Below, in pieces: positions 1 through 12,489 of a stretch of 64,000 bases of DNA (its first letter is position 1; each line of letters begins with the position of its first letter). Under the pieces are notes generated by a model. It worked only from the letters and a program-made list of their open reading frames with translations, ran no database searches and was not told the DNA's origin. The position numbers and the translations under genes were made by a program. Source of the DNA: Gnetum montanum (lineage: Eukaryota > Plantae > Gnetophyta); contig MNCI01000751.1 in the NCBI GenBank assembly GCA_015680685.1, forward strand, positions 124,001 through 188,000, written 5' to 3'.

Positions 1-1549
1 TATTTTGTGATTTTATAGTATGTAAAGGAAATAAAAGGAAGAGGAACCTGACCTATGAATCAGGGATAATTGCATTACTTTCTTAAAAGATCTTTTGGAG
101 AAATAAATTAATTAAATCAAAAATAAAATCCCTTCTCTCAATAGCTGTAGAAAGGTCATATGATAGCCTTTCAATGCTTATAAGACAACGCAACGCTAGT
201 TGCAACACCGAGTGCTTGAAGGAGAAGGAATTTCCTTGGTTTGATATTTTGATTTTATGTTTTCCTCTTGCTCATGGAACTCTCATCCATTCTATTCTAT
301 GGCTTTATTTTATGAGTGGTGGAATAAGCGTTAAAGTGAGTTTGCTTTAAATCTAGAGAGATTAGAAATGTATATTTTATCATCCTGGAAGGAATTGAAC
401 CAAAGTCCTCTTGGTTGGAAGGGATAGGTATTCTCTCTCTCTCTCTTTTTTAAGGGTGGCTTTAGGCAAGTTTGAACCTAAGACCTGATTTTAGATATGA
501 TTAAAAAAAATGCAACAGCTTTAAAAAAAGAAGGAACTTCCATAAAGATTCAGTTACATTAAAGAAACTAAAATTGAAACCAAAATTGAAACCGGAGTGA
601 ATAAAAGAGACTAGGCAAAGGGAAAAAGAGGAGAGAAGAAAAAAGAAGGATTGCAGCAACAACAACACCACTAGGAGCACATCTTCAGCAATACACAAGT
701 AAGCTAAAATAATAATAATATCAATAGCAGCAGAGAAAAAAAAAAGATTGCATGGCTACAACAATGAGGAAGTAGCACTTGATGCCTAGGGGAAAAGGGA
801 TCATTCAAAGACGTTTCAAAGACTGAACAAGGTGGATGCACAGTTCCTCCCTTGTTCCACTTGTAGCTAAAGTATGATTTTATTTTTAGAATTCTTTTAC
901 TATCTTGAATGCTTACTGAATCTAATTTTTATTTCTAACATTTTGAATTGTTAACTCCTTGTTTTTGTGTATCTGTCCACATATCCTTGCACTCTCAGGC
1001 CTAAATGATTTGGATAAGAGTTGTTTCTAGATAAACGTGAGAACACTTATAAAGATTTGGGGCAACTTGGCCTAAAGATTTGCCAACAGGGGCCTAGGAT
1101 CCTTGACATAAGAATTGGAATTGCCAACAGAAAGTAAGAGCATCCCGGCCCATCTTGATTTTGGAAACCTTAAAAGTGAATTCCTAGTATTGGCATTCTA
1201 ATGAGTTTTCAGGTTTGGCCTTGAATTTCCTTTCATGGAACTGATCTTGAATTTTTTGTTTCGTGATTCACCAACTTGTGGAATTTTTAAACCTATACTA
1301 AGAGCTTCTCAGTTCTGATTTAGATATCTTTCTATAATTTATTGAGAAGATGGGCTAATAAACAAAAATCTAATTTAAATGTTTTCTTCTGGCAACAGAT
1401 TTTTATGATATGATTTTGATGATTTATTGGCTGTAGATTCTTGGAAACTAGATGATTGTAATCTGAGAAATCTCCCATGTCTTTTCGGTTAAAACGGTAC
1501 AACTATTGTGTTGTACAAAATGTCTTATAAGAATAGGTTCATTTACCTT

Positions 1550-4500
1550 TTTATTTTCCCCAAAAAGAGTGCGGGTCATTAAATTAATCGCAAAAGAAAT
1601 TTACAAGAGTACTGTACAATCACAAAATGAGGGGAGACTGCTCCCATCCGCTCCCCTAATACCCCCAAAACAAGAAAACCATCCACAGCCCTCAGCCTTT
1701 TCCACGACAAAAATGCCCCCAACCCCTCAGATACACCTAATCAGTTGAAAATTGGATCTTGATCCAAGAGATTGCCAAGACATACCCACTGACATCAAAA
1801 CCAAATAAAGAAAAAACAATACCCAAAAAGGACACAGCACCTTAGGCCCACAGCCTATATATGGCAGGGAAGGCCCATGCAACAACAAATGGCCCACTCT
1901 TGGCAGTGGATAGAGCAGAGTGCAGCCCAATGACTCTCAATATCCACAAAAGCAGCGACTTGTTGAAATTTCTTAAATGCCTCTAGTTTCCTCACGGACT
2001 CCTCCACATCCCCCCTTCCATCCGAGTGCAGCTCCCTCCCCCTACAGTGAATGTACCATCACAACACCCTCCACGACATATTCCAGCCAATGTTCATGAC
2101 CACATAGGGGCACCTCCCCTCCTTAAGCCAAGAATGAGTATTATGCTCATGTGCCTGATTCTGCTGATGTTGGATCTAGGCTGCCTCCAACTCCTCCTGC
2201 TCCTACACTCCCAATCCTCCCTCTCCTAAGCCTCCTACTGCAATGCCTCTTCCTAGAGCTACTCTTGGACACTCTGTCAAAGCACTACCTCCAGCTCGTT
2301 CAATGTCATCGCTTCAGCCAGGTCACGGCACCTTCTCTCCTCCTTAAACTCTTCAGCATGGAGGCACTTGGTCTATTCCAACTCTCGTTGGAACTCCTCC
2401 TCCATTGTCTACCACTTGGCCTCTGAGAGGGCTCTCTCCTCCACTCGGCCCCGCACAACCACCTCCTCTGCTACCTTAGTTAGCAAAGCTTCAAGATTCG
2501 AGGGTGTGGAATCATCAATGGCCCTAGGTGACACCACCCCCAACCTCTCCCCAACATGCAGCTCTAGAGGCCCAACATGCACCTCCATCACAGCCCTCCC
2601 GAAACCCTCCTCAGCATGTGACAACAACGACCCCGACCGAGCCTCCTACTCCACAAATTCCTCCGTTAGGTCCACCACCATGAGCGAAGCACATCATGAC
2701 CACCTTTGCCCATAAACAGCCCAAACTGGAATGCCCCTTGGCTGTGGGAGCACACGAGGCCGAGACACCCACCACAAAGCTAGAATCAGCCAGAAGTGTT
2801 GGCCCTGCCTCTAACATTGCAACGTCACCAAAAAGAAACATGGCAAGTTGACCGCATACCCCCTCTTGAAGCTCCTCAAGAAACTAAAGTGCACACCTTG
2901 CAACTTTCAAACGTTGCTAGAGTGCACAAAAAACCTATCCACTAGCTCAACAGTGTCCTGCCATATTGGTTGGAGCGTTGACTTGGGAACCTGACCCGTT
3001 TTGGGCACCGGTCCAAAAAAATCTTCAGCATCCTAGAGGCCATAGCCCTGCTAGGACCCCCAGATACTCGGCAATTAACTCCTCCGTCAGCTCAATCTGC
3101 ACACACCCCCCCCCCCCCCAAAACCCCAAATAGCATGTGGTCCGCATGCCAATTCATGTAGAATTGACCATCCTCCAAGTCTGACTCCCCTTGGAGCAGG
3201 GGTAGGAGGTCAGCCCACCCCACTCACAAGACCATATTCCACAAGACCAGGTTTTCCTCATAGCCCGCACATGATAGCTCAAAAGTAGGGGCAACCCCCA
3301 TCACTGAATGTGCCTCCTGCCAAAGCTTTCCAGATGGACCACAGCACCACCATAGCTCTGAAATCGTCATCAAACCTCAATAGGTGTTAAATATTTGTAG
3401 CCTACCAAACATTGACGGCAAATAGGCAATAACAAATGACGTGAGCGATAGATTCAATTGTAGCCATGCAAAGGGGACACGTGTCCTCCATGTTTACCCC
3501 ATGTCATCTTAAAATTGCTCAAACCAAAATGGCTAAATGATTTGCCAGCCACATATGTTTTCATTTTCTCTGGTAGCTGACCCTTCCATATGCCCAACCA
3601 TCCCCTAACCACCAAATATTTGGACTTAATAAGTTGTTGCAAAGGCACACCCAACAGCCCGGAGTCCATAACCACTTGCACATGCCTGCAAAGAGCATGC
3701 CAGATATGAGAGTCCCACGCAACTGCCTCCCATTGCCTAAAGTTGTTGTTCATGATTATAATCCATAGAGCGGGATTGTGGCCTTGCCTCAACAACCTAT
3801 TAAGGAGGCCCTAATACCCCATAGTGATAATATCTTGGAATTGGATGACACCAAGACCTCGAACGTCCTTCGGTCTAGCAATTGTATCCTAGCTAACAAG
3901 ATGCATGCAATCTCCCCCTTTACCCCCTCACCAAGTGAAATTCCTTATCAACTGATCAACCTTCTGAATGATATCAACAAGCAAGAGTCCATCGAAGTTG
4001 TATAACGAGCCATAGTTGAAAGCACCAATGTCACCAACAAAGACTTCCTAGCCCAAGTCAGGAACTGGGCCATCCAATGGCCAATCCGTTTCTGCATACC
4101 CTAGAAAAGGCTGGCCCATGCATGCCTCCGATGCCAATCATAAAGAGGTAGCCCCATGTAAGTATCCCTCGTGAAGCCTAGCAAGAACCCCAAAATTTGC
4201 ACAATTCGACCCTTCACCCAAGCATCCGTGTTGAGAAAGTGCACCACAAACTTACCCCTATTAATTTCAAGGCCAATCTCCTCTACCATTTGTTGCAGCA
4301 CCCTATTTATCACCAATGCAAGGGACACAGCAAACCAAGAGAATAAAATGGTATCATCAACGTAGTGCTCCACCAGACAACTAACTCCGGCAATATGCAA
4401 GCCTCTAACCCCCTCTAACTTACAATAAGCCTACATGGTGTCCATCACAACAATAAAGAGATATGGGGAAAGCGGGTCCCCTTGTCTTAACCTCCTACTA

Positions 4501-6432
4501 TGAGATGAAAACCTCCACTGTTTCCCCTCTAGATCTAGAGAAAAAGCCCTCGATGTCTAGATGTGCATGCATAAATCCACAGAGTTTATACCAAGACACC
4601 ATGTCATAAGCTTTAGTAATATCCAGTTTAAGACACATACCTAGGTAATTGATTGCCCTTAACAAATGTAGCACTTCCTACATTGGGATAACTTGGTCTT
4701 CAATGAACCTACCTTTAACAAAACCTACTTGTTGTGGCCCCACTAAGCATGGCATCAAAGACCCCAGCCAAGCAACCAACAAATTAGTAAACAAGCAAAG
4801 GAGAGCATTACGCATGCCAATAGGCCTGAACTGAAAAGGATCCATCTTATGAATATGGAGCAATCAGGAACAATTTAACTCCCCCCAAACCTACTACCAA
4901 CTTAGCATTGCGTTGAACACATCCAGCAAATTATCTGCCAAGAGATCAATGAAAGCTCCAAAGAATTCCACAAGCCAACCGACAAGCCTGAGCACCTTCC
5001 CCACCTTCATTGATGCAAGAGCCCCATCTAGTTCCTCCCAAGTGAATGGTTCCAGCAACCATCAGTTGTCCTCCTTCAAAACCTTGTCAATGTTAATCGA
5101 CAAAGGTGCAATCTTCCTCTGCTTCCAGATGTTGGACCAATACTCCATCATGGCCTAGGCAATCTCTTACATCCCAACCACTATATTGCCCTAGAAAGCA
5201 AGACTATGGATCTTTTTGGAGAACTGCACTAAGTTAACAGCCACAAAGAAAAAATACATCATCCAACCCTGCCCCAATTCCTAGTCCGATTGAACCACTG
5301 CCAGACATTGCAACAACAAACCCCAATTGGATTTGAAAGAGAACCTCACCTCCGCCTTCAATGCCCTTATCTCCTACTTCAACAAGTGTAACCCCCTCTT
5401 GAGAAACTCCCTAGGGTCAACCCACGACAAGTAGTTTCTCCAAATCATTTCCACCATTTGGCGCAGCCATGGCTTAGTAAGCCACAATCGTTCAAAACAA
5501 AATGGCACAGGTCCCCCTGAAACCAAAGTTCCCACCTGGCACAAAATCAACCTATAATCAAAAGCCAATTGTTCTTTCCCATGAACATTCATCCCCCAAT
5601 TCAACAGAATATCCAAGCTAACCCACACCCTATCAACCTTTGTCATGACTCTCCACATGAACTGGCAATCTTTGATATCCATATTAGCCAGGTCATGAGA
5701 TGCCAGAAACTATAGGAATGGCAGACCACTAGAAGGCTCCTCAATCCCTAGCCCCACCCCTCAACCACTCCNNNNNNNNNNNNNNNNNNNNNNNNNNNNN
5801 NNNNNNNNNNNNNNNGTTGAAATCCTCCACCAGAATCCATTACCTCCTATCCAAGATCAAGGGGCAATCCTCTGTAGCTCCCTCAACTGCCCCTCCCATC
5901 TTTAGGCACTGTAGAAATTCATGAGCTAGATGCCAGTCCATTGAAAGTGAATAGTAATACTCCATGTGGATGTGTCCACAATCTCAAAAGGCCAATGTGA
6001 TAGAGAGGCCACGCCCCCTGCTCTCCCCCGACAAGCCACAAACTATATCTGCCAATCAAGCATAACCAGCGACATTCTTGCTATTGCAACTTTGTCTTCT
6101 GCAAGCAAACCACATCACAGCATTCCCTACGCACTACATCTTTGAGGGTTTTTTTTTGTAGGGAGTACCCTGCCCCCTGCAATTCCATGAGAGGATCCTC
6201 ATGTTCTGCCAATTGAATCCTTTTTGTAAACCTCCCTGAGGATTGTTTGAACCCCCAGGTCAATCTCCATCTGTGTCTTTTTTGTCTGGGACACAAGGCC
6301 CAACAACCTCCCGACTTTGACAGAATCAAGTGAGACTGGAAAAGCCCCTTTTGAACTAGCACATCCCTTAGTAACCTCTAACATGGATGGCATCATGCTC
6401 CCCCTCACGATAGAGACCCATCCACCAAGCAG
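1550..6432 (-). mobile_element. 5'-truncated, decayed L1-type LINE (endonuclease, RT, zf-RVT, plus extra 3' region) in PIR intron 10
   Basis: Minus-strand motifs: DVVCLQKTK (EN), FCFERLWL, QVGFVKGRFIEDQ, GLRQGDPLSPYL, HYVDDT, LWSIWKA; A-rich tail at 1550-1557; TSD GGTTCATTTACCTT (1536-1549) vs GGTTCGTTTTCCTT (6433-6446), 12/14 match. Confidence 0.88.
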
Positions 6433-6839
6433 GGTTCGTTTTCCTTATGAATGAATATATAGAAAATTATTGTATCAATAATGATTAAACCTTTCTTTAG
6501 CTTGGTATAGTAGCAAGTAAAGTTTGTACCTTTCCCTTATTGAATTGAAGCTAGAACTAGAAGTGTGGTTGCATTACTAATTTTAGGATTGTCTGGATTT
6601 CTAGTGGATTGTTGTTGCCTTTTCAAGACATTATTCTTGCAATTTCATTGTTTTTGCAAGATAATTTGTTCTCGTGCATTCACTGTAGTTTTGCTAAGCA
6701 ATTTCCCTTGCAGATTCGTCACTTAGATTTTTTATTGTGCATGTATATCTCAAATGTAGCATGAAATTAAATACTGCACATTTAAGATGGAATTTAAGTT
6801 AAATAGATGTATTCCCAAGTTTGTTCCTCATGTTGGCAT

Positions 6840-7134
6840 TAAAGGGGTGATTATTGGAATAGATAAAAATTCTATCATTATTAGCCACTAATTTTTCTAT
6901 AGGTTTTTAAACAACTGGAAAGTAGTCTAGATTTAATAAACCTTGGATTAGCTTCAAAGCAACCACATTTATAAAATGAGATGAAAGGTAATGGAGGCAA
7001 TGGAATTGATTGCCTGAACATTTGCCCCAATTTAGTAGGAGCTTCAGCCTTACTCTTAATTTCTTGCCTTTCATAATGGTTTTGAATGTGTGCTTAGTTT
7101 TATTTCCATTGTGCTAATTTTTGTTTCTTATCAC
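6840..7134 (+). mobile_element. Possible polypurine tract plus copia-type LTR fragment
   Basis: AAAGGGGTGAT followed by TATTGG..., TATA-like TTTATAAAA, ending in ...TATCACA; no partner LTR found. Confidence 0.35.
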
Positions 7135-8902
7135 AGAAATTGTTATTGTTGATGGGTCCATCCTTTCATATTTGATGCCCACTTCACAACAGAGTTACTC
7201 AAAGGCATTAGAACAACATTCTCCTCTATTATCAATGTGCAAACACTTAATCTTTCTACCAATATCATTTTCAACCCTAGCTTTAAACAATCTAAACATA
7301 TAGATGGCCTAATATTTAATTTTCAGGGCATGGGCATACAACCCATATTTTCAAGAATAATGATTAATAAAGGTTATGAATTAACACTCATTAAATGATG
7401 CAGGATTTATACCACCATCAACATCAGCATGGATTAACTCTAAGCAACTATTCTTCCTATAGAATTCATTTCTTTTAAAGGAAACTATAATATTCACAAA
7501 ATGGAAGTGTACCTAAATGAAATTTAGAAATAAGGTTTTCATACTGCAATACTGTTATTTCTTTTTCACTCGAGTGTCCCATACTGTGATGACAAAGCTG
7601 AAGATCTTCATTAGTGTACTTTGTAGCCAAAATATGCCCATTTACCCAAGTTCCTTTTAGTACATACAAAGAACCCCTTTTATCTCCTTTTAGGACAGTC
7701 ATGATTCCTTTTGTGATTTCCAAGAGCCCTCTCCCAATATAGTTTCAAAACCAGCAGTATCTAACCGTCCTACTGAAATCAAGTTTCTTTGTAAATCAGG
7801 TACATTCCTAACATTTTGAAGAGTTAAAAGCCTTCAATCTTCCTACTAGATCAACACATCACCAATACCTTTGATTGGGCATTCATGTTCATTACCTAAC
7901 CAAACATGTTCTTCTTCAACTTCTGTAAATATCCTAAAATAGTCCTTAGATGGACATATATGAAATGATGCCCAGAACCCATTGTCCATTCATCAAATTG
8001 ATGAAACTCACTTCTAAATAAAGTATTATCAAGAGTAATCAAAGTTGTACCAACTTCACCATTACTTTGGTTACCTAAGGATTCTTGGGAAGTAGCCTCC
8101 ATTTCTTTCCTCCTTTTCTCCTTTAGAACATAACAATTTATTCTCAAATGACCAGGCTTGTGACAATACCAACAATCTCTTTCTTTGCTTTGTGAATGTG
8201 GCCTACTCTTGCCTCTGGCATCATCTCTACCTTGAGCTACTCACCATTGCAATCTTACTCTATTTTTAACAATTAAAGCCTCTCCTCAAAATGATATTAA
8301 TTGCATGGTCACCTCTGTTTTTAGCAACCAACCCCCCTACCACAATAATGTCAAAATCCAATGTTGCACAAATTGTTGTAACTATTGTTTACCAACTATC
8401 TAGAAGAGAAGAGACCAACGATAATGATTTAACTTTATCATCCACACTACCTTCAGTATTTTTAGCTATAAAAAGCAATTATTAAATTCAAAGAGGTGCT
8501 AAGCCATTCTACTATTCTCCTTCATCTTCAACTTGAATAATCTCCTCATTTGAAAAACTCTGTTTGCTCCTAATGGTTGTTCATACAACTTAATTAGCTT
8601 TTTCAACAAACCTTCTGTTGTACTCTCATCAACAACTGTATATAGAATTTCATTAGACAAGCAAGGTGTGATCAAAGACAGAGCTTTCCGATCCAATTTA
8701 TCCCACGCTTCTTGGGTCATTTTCTAGGGCTTCTTTATTGTCTCCTCTATGCTGGGAGTTTCTCATTCCTTCTAATACAAAATGTCTATCTTCAGAATTT
8801 TCCAAATCTGCCAGTTGGAACCCATATGCTTATGAATCTCCACCTTGTCCACCATTTTCAATGCACTGCCAACAATCTACAGCAAACCTTGCTTTGAAAT
8901 AT
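7135..8902 (-). mobile_element. Decayed Ty1/copia (Tnt1/Tork-like) internal fragment: gag, zinc knuckle, protease, integrase
   Basis: WDKLDRKALSLI..CLSNEIL (gag); CWYCHKPGHLRINC; WTMGSG (WILDSG-like); LCHHSMGH...PFCEY; KIKCLHIDNRGE; protease followed directly by integrase (copia order). Confidence 0.85.
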
Positions 8903-8913
8903 TAATGCTACAT

Positions 8914-9205
8914 TGTAAAAAGGAATCTAAAAGTTTCCACAGGCATGTGGAAATCCTAATGAATGGTCATAGATGGAGGCTTTGGTTATTGGGCTTATGT
9001 GGCTATAAAATAATTGTTGGATTTTGGTGCCTATTATATATGAAGACTGTTGTCATAGTTTGCTCAGCTTTGCACTGCTTTCCTGTGGGTTTCCCCCATT
9101 CTAAGAACTTTTTAGGGGTTTTCCACATAAATTCTGGTGTATTTCTTCCTATTTTTTTTCAATCAGTTTTCTTTATTGTTTGTGCTTGCAGCAGTTTTCA
9201 CAACA
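8914..9205 (+). mobile_element. Probable copia-type solo LTR
   Basis: TGT...ACA termini; TATA-like TATTATATA; GGGGTTTTCCACATAAATTCTGGTG U5-like motif; TSD not clear. Confidence 0.45.
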
Positions 9206-9371
9206 TATCTCTACATAGGGGTATCAAAAACATTTGTTAGATGTTTCTGCCCTTGAATTTTTTTAATAAACATTTTATAAGTTCCTTTTAGAGAAGCTGA
9301 AAACATATGACATGAATGTTTAACAATACTAGTTGCCATCTCATGTCAAACTATCAAACAGAAGACAATGT

Positions 9372-9516
9372 AATAACAATGAGGTGTTAACTTAGTGGTA
9401 CGGGTCTTGGCCTGGTACCATAGGTCACAGGTTTGATTCTAGTAAATAGCACTGAGTTATAAACTTCTATAAATCTTCAAGTGTACCTATGTTTCACTTA
9501 TTTCGGATTCCAACAA
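9372..9516 (+). mobile_element. tRNA-derived SINE with 17-bp TSD
   Basis: A box TAACTTAGTGG, B box GGTTTGATTC, CAACAA tail; TSD CAAACAGAAGACAATGT at 9355-9371 and 9517-9533. Confidence 0.75.
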
Positions 9517-9755
9517 CAAACAGAAGACAATGTTATATCTTGAAAAGTTAAACAATGGAAAATAAAATTGTCAACCTATAAACCAGATGGTCTGATAACG
9601 TGGTATCAAAATAGTAGAAGAGAATCACTGACTTCCCCAGAATATTAATTATAATGACCACTTCGAAAATATTTTTAAAAATAAAGCATGAGATATAACC
9701 CAATAACTAGTGTAGAATTTCTCAAATGCATTGAAATATAAAGATATTAGTGTAC

Positions 9756-9951
9756 CTTGAATATGTTGATCAGACGGTTTATTTTGACTTTTTTGAATAT
9801 AGCGTCTCCTTCCTTTTCTGATGATGATGCTAACACTACTAGCACGGGTAGCACTCTCAAAAGCACATGACGATCTGAGAATATCAGAGCAGATTCAGAC
9901 TCCAGAAACTCCACACAGAAAACAATAAGCACCTGTAGTATATCTTCCACA
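9756..9951 (-). CDS. PIR: PIR exon 10: VEDILQVLIVFCVE...KINRLINIFK; the next exon was not found and probably lies left of the window
   Basis: CAG/GTAC boundaries; 196 nt; lies within ORF 9747..10040; conserved LLRVLPVLVVLA. Confidence 0.95.
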
Positions 9952-10055
9952 CTGCTTGGAGTCAAGAATTCAAGGTGTTCAAAACGAAAAGAATGATATA
10001 AACAAGAAGAATATAAATGTTTTTTGCTAAACTTTTGCAATGAATTAAAGGATAC
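9952..10055 (-). other. U12-type (minor spliceosome) GT-AG intron, PIR intron 9
   Basis: 5' splice site GTATCCTTT; branch-like TTCTTGAC ending 9 nt before the exon; no polypyrimidine tract; 104 nt. Confidence 0.8.
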
Positions 10056-10120
10056 TTATTAACCCGAAACAGTTCGACCTGTATGTTCAACAGAATGGCC
10101 CATCTTGTGCTTAAAAAAAT
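10056..10120 (-). CDS. PIR: PIR exon 9: IFLSTRWAILLNIQVELFRVN(N)
   Basis: CAG acceptor; donor GTATCCTTT; 65 nt in frame. Confidence 0.95.
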
Positions 10121-10236
10121 CTGTTGCAGTTACATGCATTTTGTAATGTTTTACTACAACAGTGATATCATGGCATACTAAATTAAAACATTGCAGAAAC
10201 GTCACATAATATCTCTTAGAAATCAGATAGATTAAC

Positions 10237-10306
10237 CTGCAGGTCATCCAAATCCTCCCTCATTGAATCTGTATCTTGCCACTGAGTACTTATCTGGGTA
10301 AAGGTC
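10237..10306 (-). CDS. PIR: PIR exon 8: TFTQISTQWQDTDSMREDLDDLQ
   Basis: CAG/GTTA boundaries; 70 nt in frame. Confidence 0.95.
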
Positions 10307-10869
10307 CTGACAAACATTAAAATGCCATTTGATCAACATTTAATATGTAAGTTTACACTCAAAATGCATAAATTTTATGTGACTATACAAACACCCACCA
10401 TAATTTATTGTTAACCAGTATCATCAACCGCCATATGAAGAAGAATAAAAGAACAAATGCAAAATTTTAGAATAAAAAGTCTAGCTGGGACTGTGGCATG
10501 GATGTTTTCCTTTTAACACAAATAATGAGATTTTAAATAAGTATTTCAGTAAACGTAGACTGCCTCTTTTTATGAGATCAATGAAGTACAACAGAACCGA
10601 AATGTCGAGTTCAAAAATCTGCATACTGTGATGCCATATCCTATCAAAGGAAATATAGAAATCCTATGAAACATTTTCCAATGATGTCAAAAATGCCTCA
10701 CCTACCTTATCCAAATATATGTACACACTGCAGACCATCAAACATCTACTCAGGTTTATCATTTAATACATACCTTAGTCAAGAAACTGGAATTAATGAG
10801 ATGTGAACATTGGAATATTGCTAACGCTAGAGAGAACTTCAAACGGAAATGATAACATGTACCACTAAC

Positions 10870-10962
10870 CTTTTGTACCAAGAGAAATCATTTGGTATGC
10901 TTGCTTTGGCATTTTTTAAATGATCAAGCTGTAGCAACACATCAAGCAACTTCAGCATACAC
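10870..10962 (-). CDS. PIR: PIR exon 7: CMLKLLDVLLQLDHLKNAKASIPNDFSWYK(R)
   Basis: TTTTCAG/GTTAG boundaries; 93 nt; CYFIP motif LD.LKNAKASIPNDFSWYKR. Confidence 0.96.
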
Positions 10963-12108
10963 CTGAAAAGAAAACCTTAGAATCAGTTTCTATAACCAAA
11001 ATTTCCTATTACCATCTCTATTAGGCTTATCTGGAATTCACATATAAAATGAACACTAAAAACATTGCACAATACCTTCTCTTATAACACTTTAAAAAAA
11101 CTCCAAAAAAATGGTAATATCAAATCTTATCTTACAATCTATTATAACGTAAAGATCAATAGTAGATGAAGAAGATCAGCGTAATGTTTGTTTCTTGGCT
11201 GATCCTCAAAAATTATGGAAGTAGAACCTCAGAGATCAGCCAAGAAACATAATCAAGGATTAATTACCTAAGCATCCACTCTAACAGTGTGTTCCTCCAT
11301 AAGGCAGACAATCATCTTGATGGATTAAACGTTGACCATATATATTAGCATCGATACATAGAACCTTTATTTTATATGTTTCTAGTTTAAAATCAATGAA
11401 AGGCATTATTTCAAGTTTATTTAAGAAGTTCTATGGTTTATGATTAAGTGATTATTTATTGTTATGTTTTGATAATTAATCAGTTTCTTTATTTAAGGTT
11501 TAGTATCAACTGGCCAACAAAAGACGACAAAATTCACCGTTAAATATGGAAATTATGAGAGTCCCCGGGTCTTTTTTATTTTTTCATGTGTGTGTGTCAA
11601 GTTTGATTTGTTTAAGTCCAGCAGCATCATGCACATTACAAGAAGAAGATTTCATGAAAAGTAATACCTTAGGAATTTTGCCTTGGTTAGAGGGATAATT
11701 GTTGGTAATTTTACATTTATAGTGGAAAGCATTCTTCTCCTTAAATGGCAGGCAAATGGCAGTTACAAAGTGTTATTGGTTGACAATTATGTAGTGTTAG
11801 TGGTGTTGCAGTTACAAAGTTTCATGGTGAAGGCATTGATTGCAAGAGTTCCAATGCCTCTATTACCCACTTCTTTTTTTTTTTGAGAAAGTATTCGGGA
11901 TTCTATTATGAAAGATCGAATAATGTTACATAAGATTACATAAGATCGAATTATGAAAGATCGAATAATGTCTTCATTGCTTCATGATAATGCTAAAGGT
12001 CTTGATTCCCTGAGTTAAATGCTTTGTCGAGCAATACAACTATCCACAAATCATCCCTAACTTCATAAATGAGTTTCATGGACTGATTACATAAGTAATC
12101 ATACTTTG

Positions 12109-12489
12109 TGGTGCAGATCTGGCATCGTCAACTTCAATTGATGTCCAAATCCTCAAGAAAGAAACCCCATATGGAACAAGAAAAGAAAAGATAACTTTAT
12201 TCTTGCTTGCAAATGAAAATGGAGTACAGGAAATAGAAATGGAAGCATGTCCAAGGACAGATGAACTCAAAATCCTCACACCACTCCTCTCACACAAGGA
12301 TTAAGGCAATACACAAAGGATGACTCTTCTCACACAATGTTCAAAAGGCCTGCACAACAATGAGCTCCAAATGAGCCAAGATGCACACAATGACTCTTCA
12401 ACTTCCTCTCCCCATCCCCATCTTCCCTCTCTCATTCATGCCTTAACCATTGGCTTTTGATCCCAATTTATCAGCCAAAGATGACCTTT
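12109..12489 (-). repeat. Inverted copy of the 3' half of the gypsy LTR at 15306-16103
   Basis: Reverse complement aligns with about 15720-16103 throughout, including the TGCACCA terminus. Confidence 0.88.

Noticed and set aside
9381-9455. Functional tRNA gene
   Set aside because: A and B boxes are present, but I could not form a proper acceptor stem. The tail and 17-bp TSD indicate a retroposed SINE.
1-9755. Further PIR exons
   Set aside because: I searched by eye for the expected next peptide and found no matching exon. The region is mostly explained by TEs.
9747-10040. Stand-alone 97-aa ORF from the ORF track
   Set aside because: It is PIR exon 10 read through flanking intron sequence.
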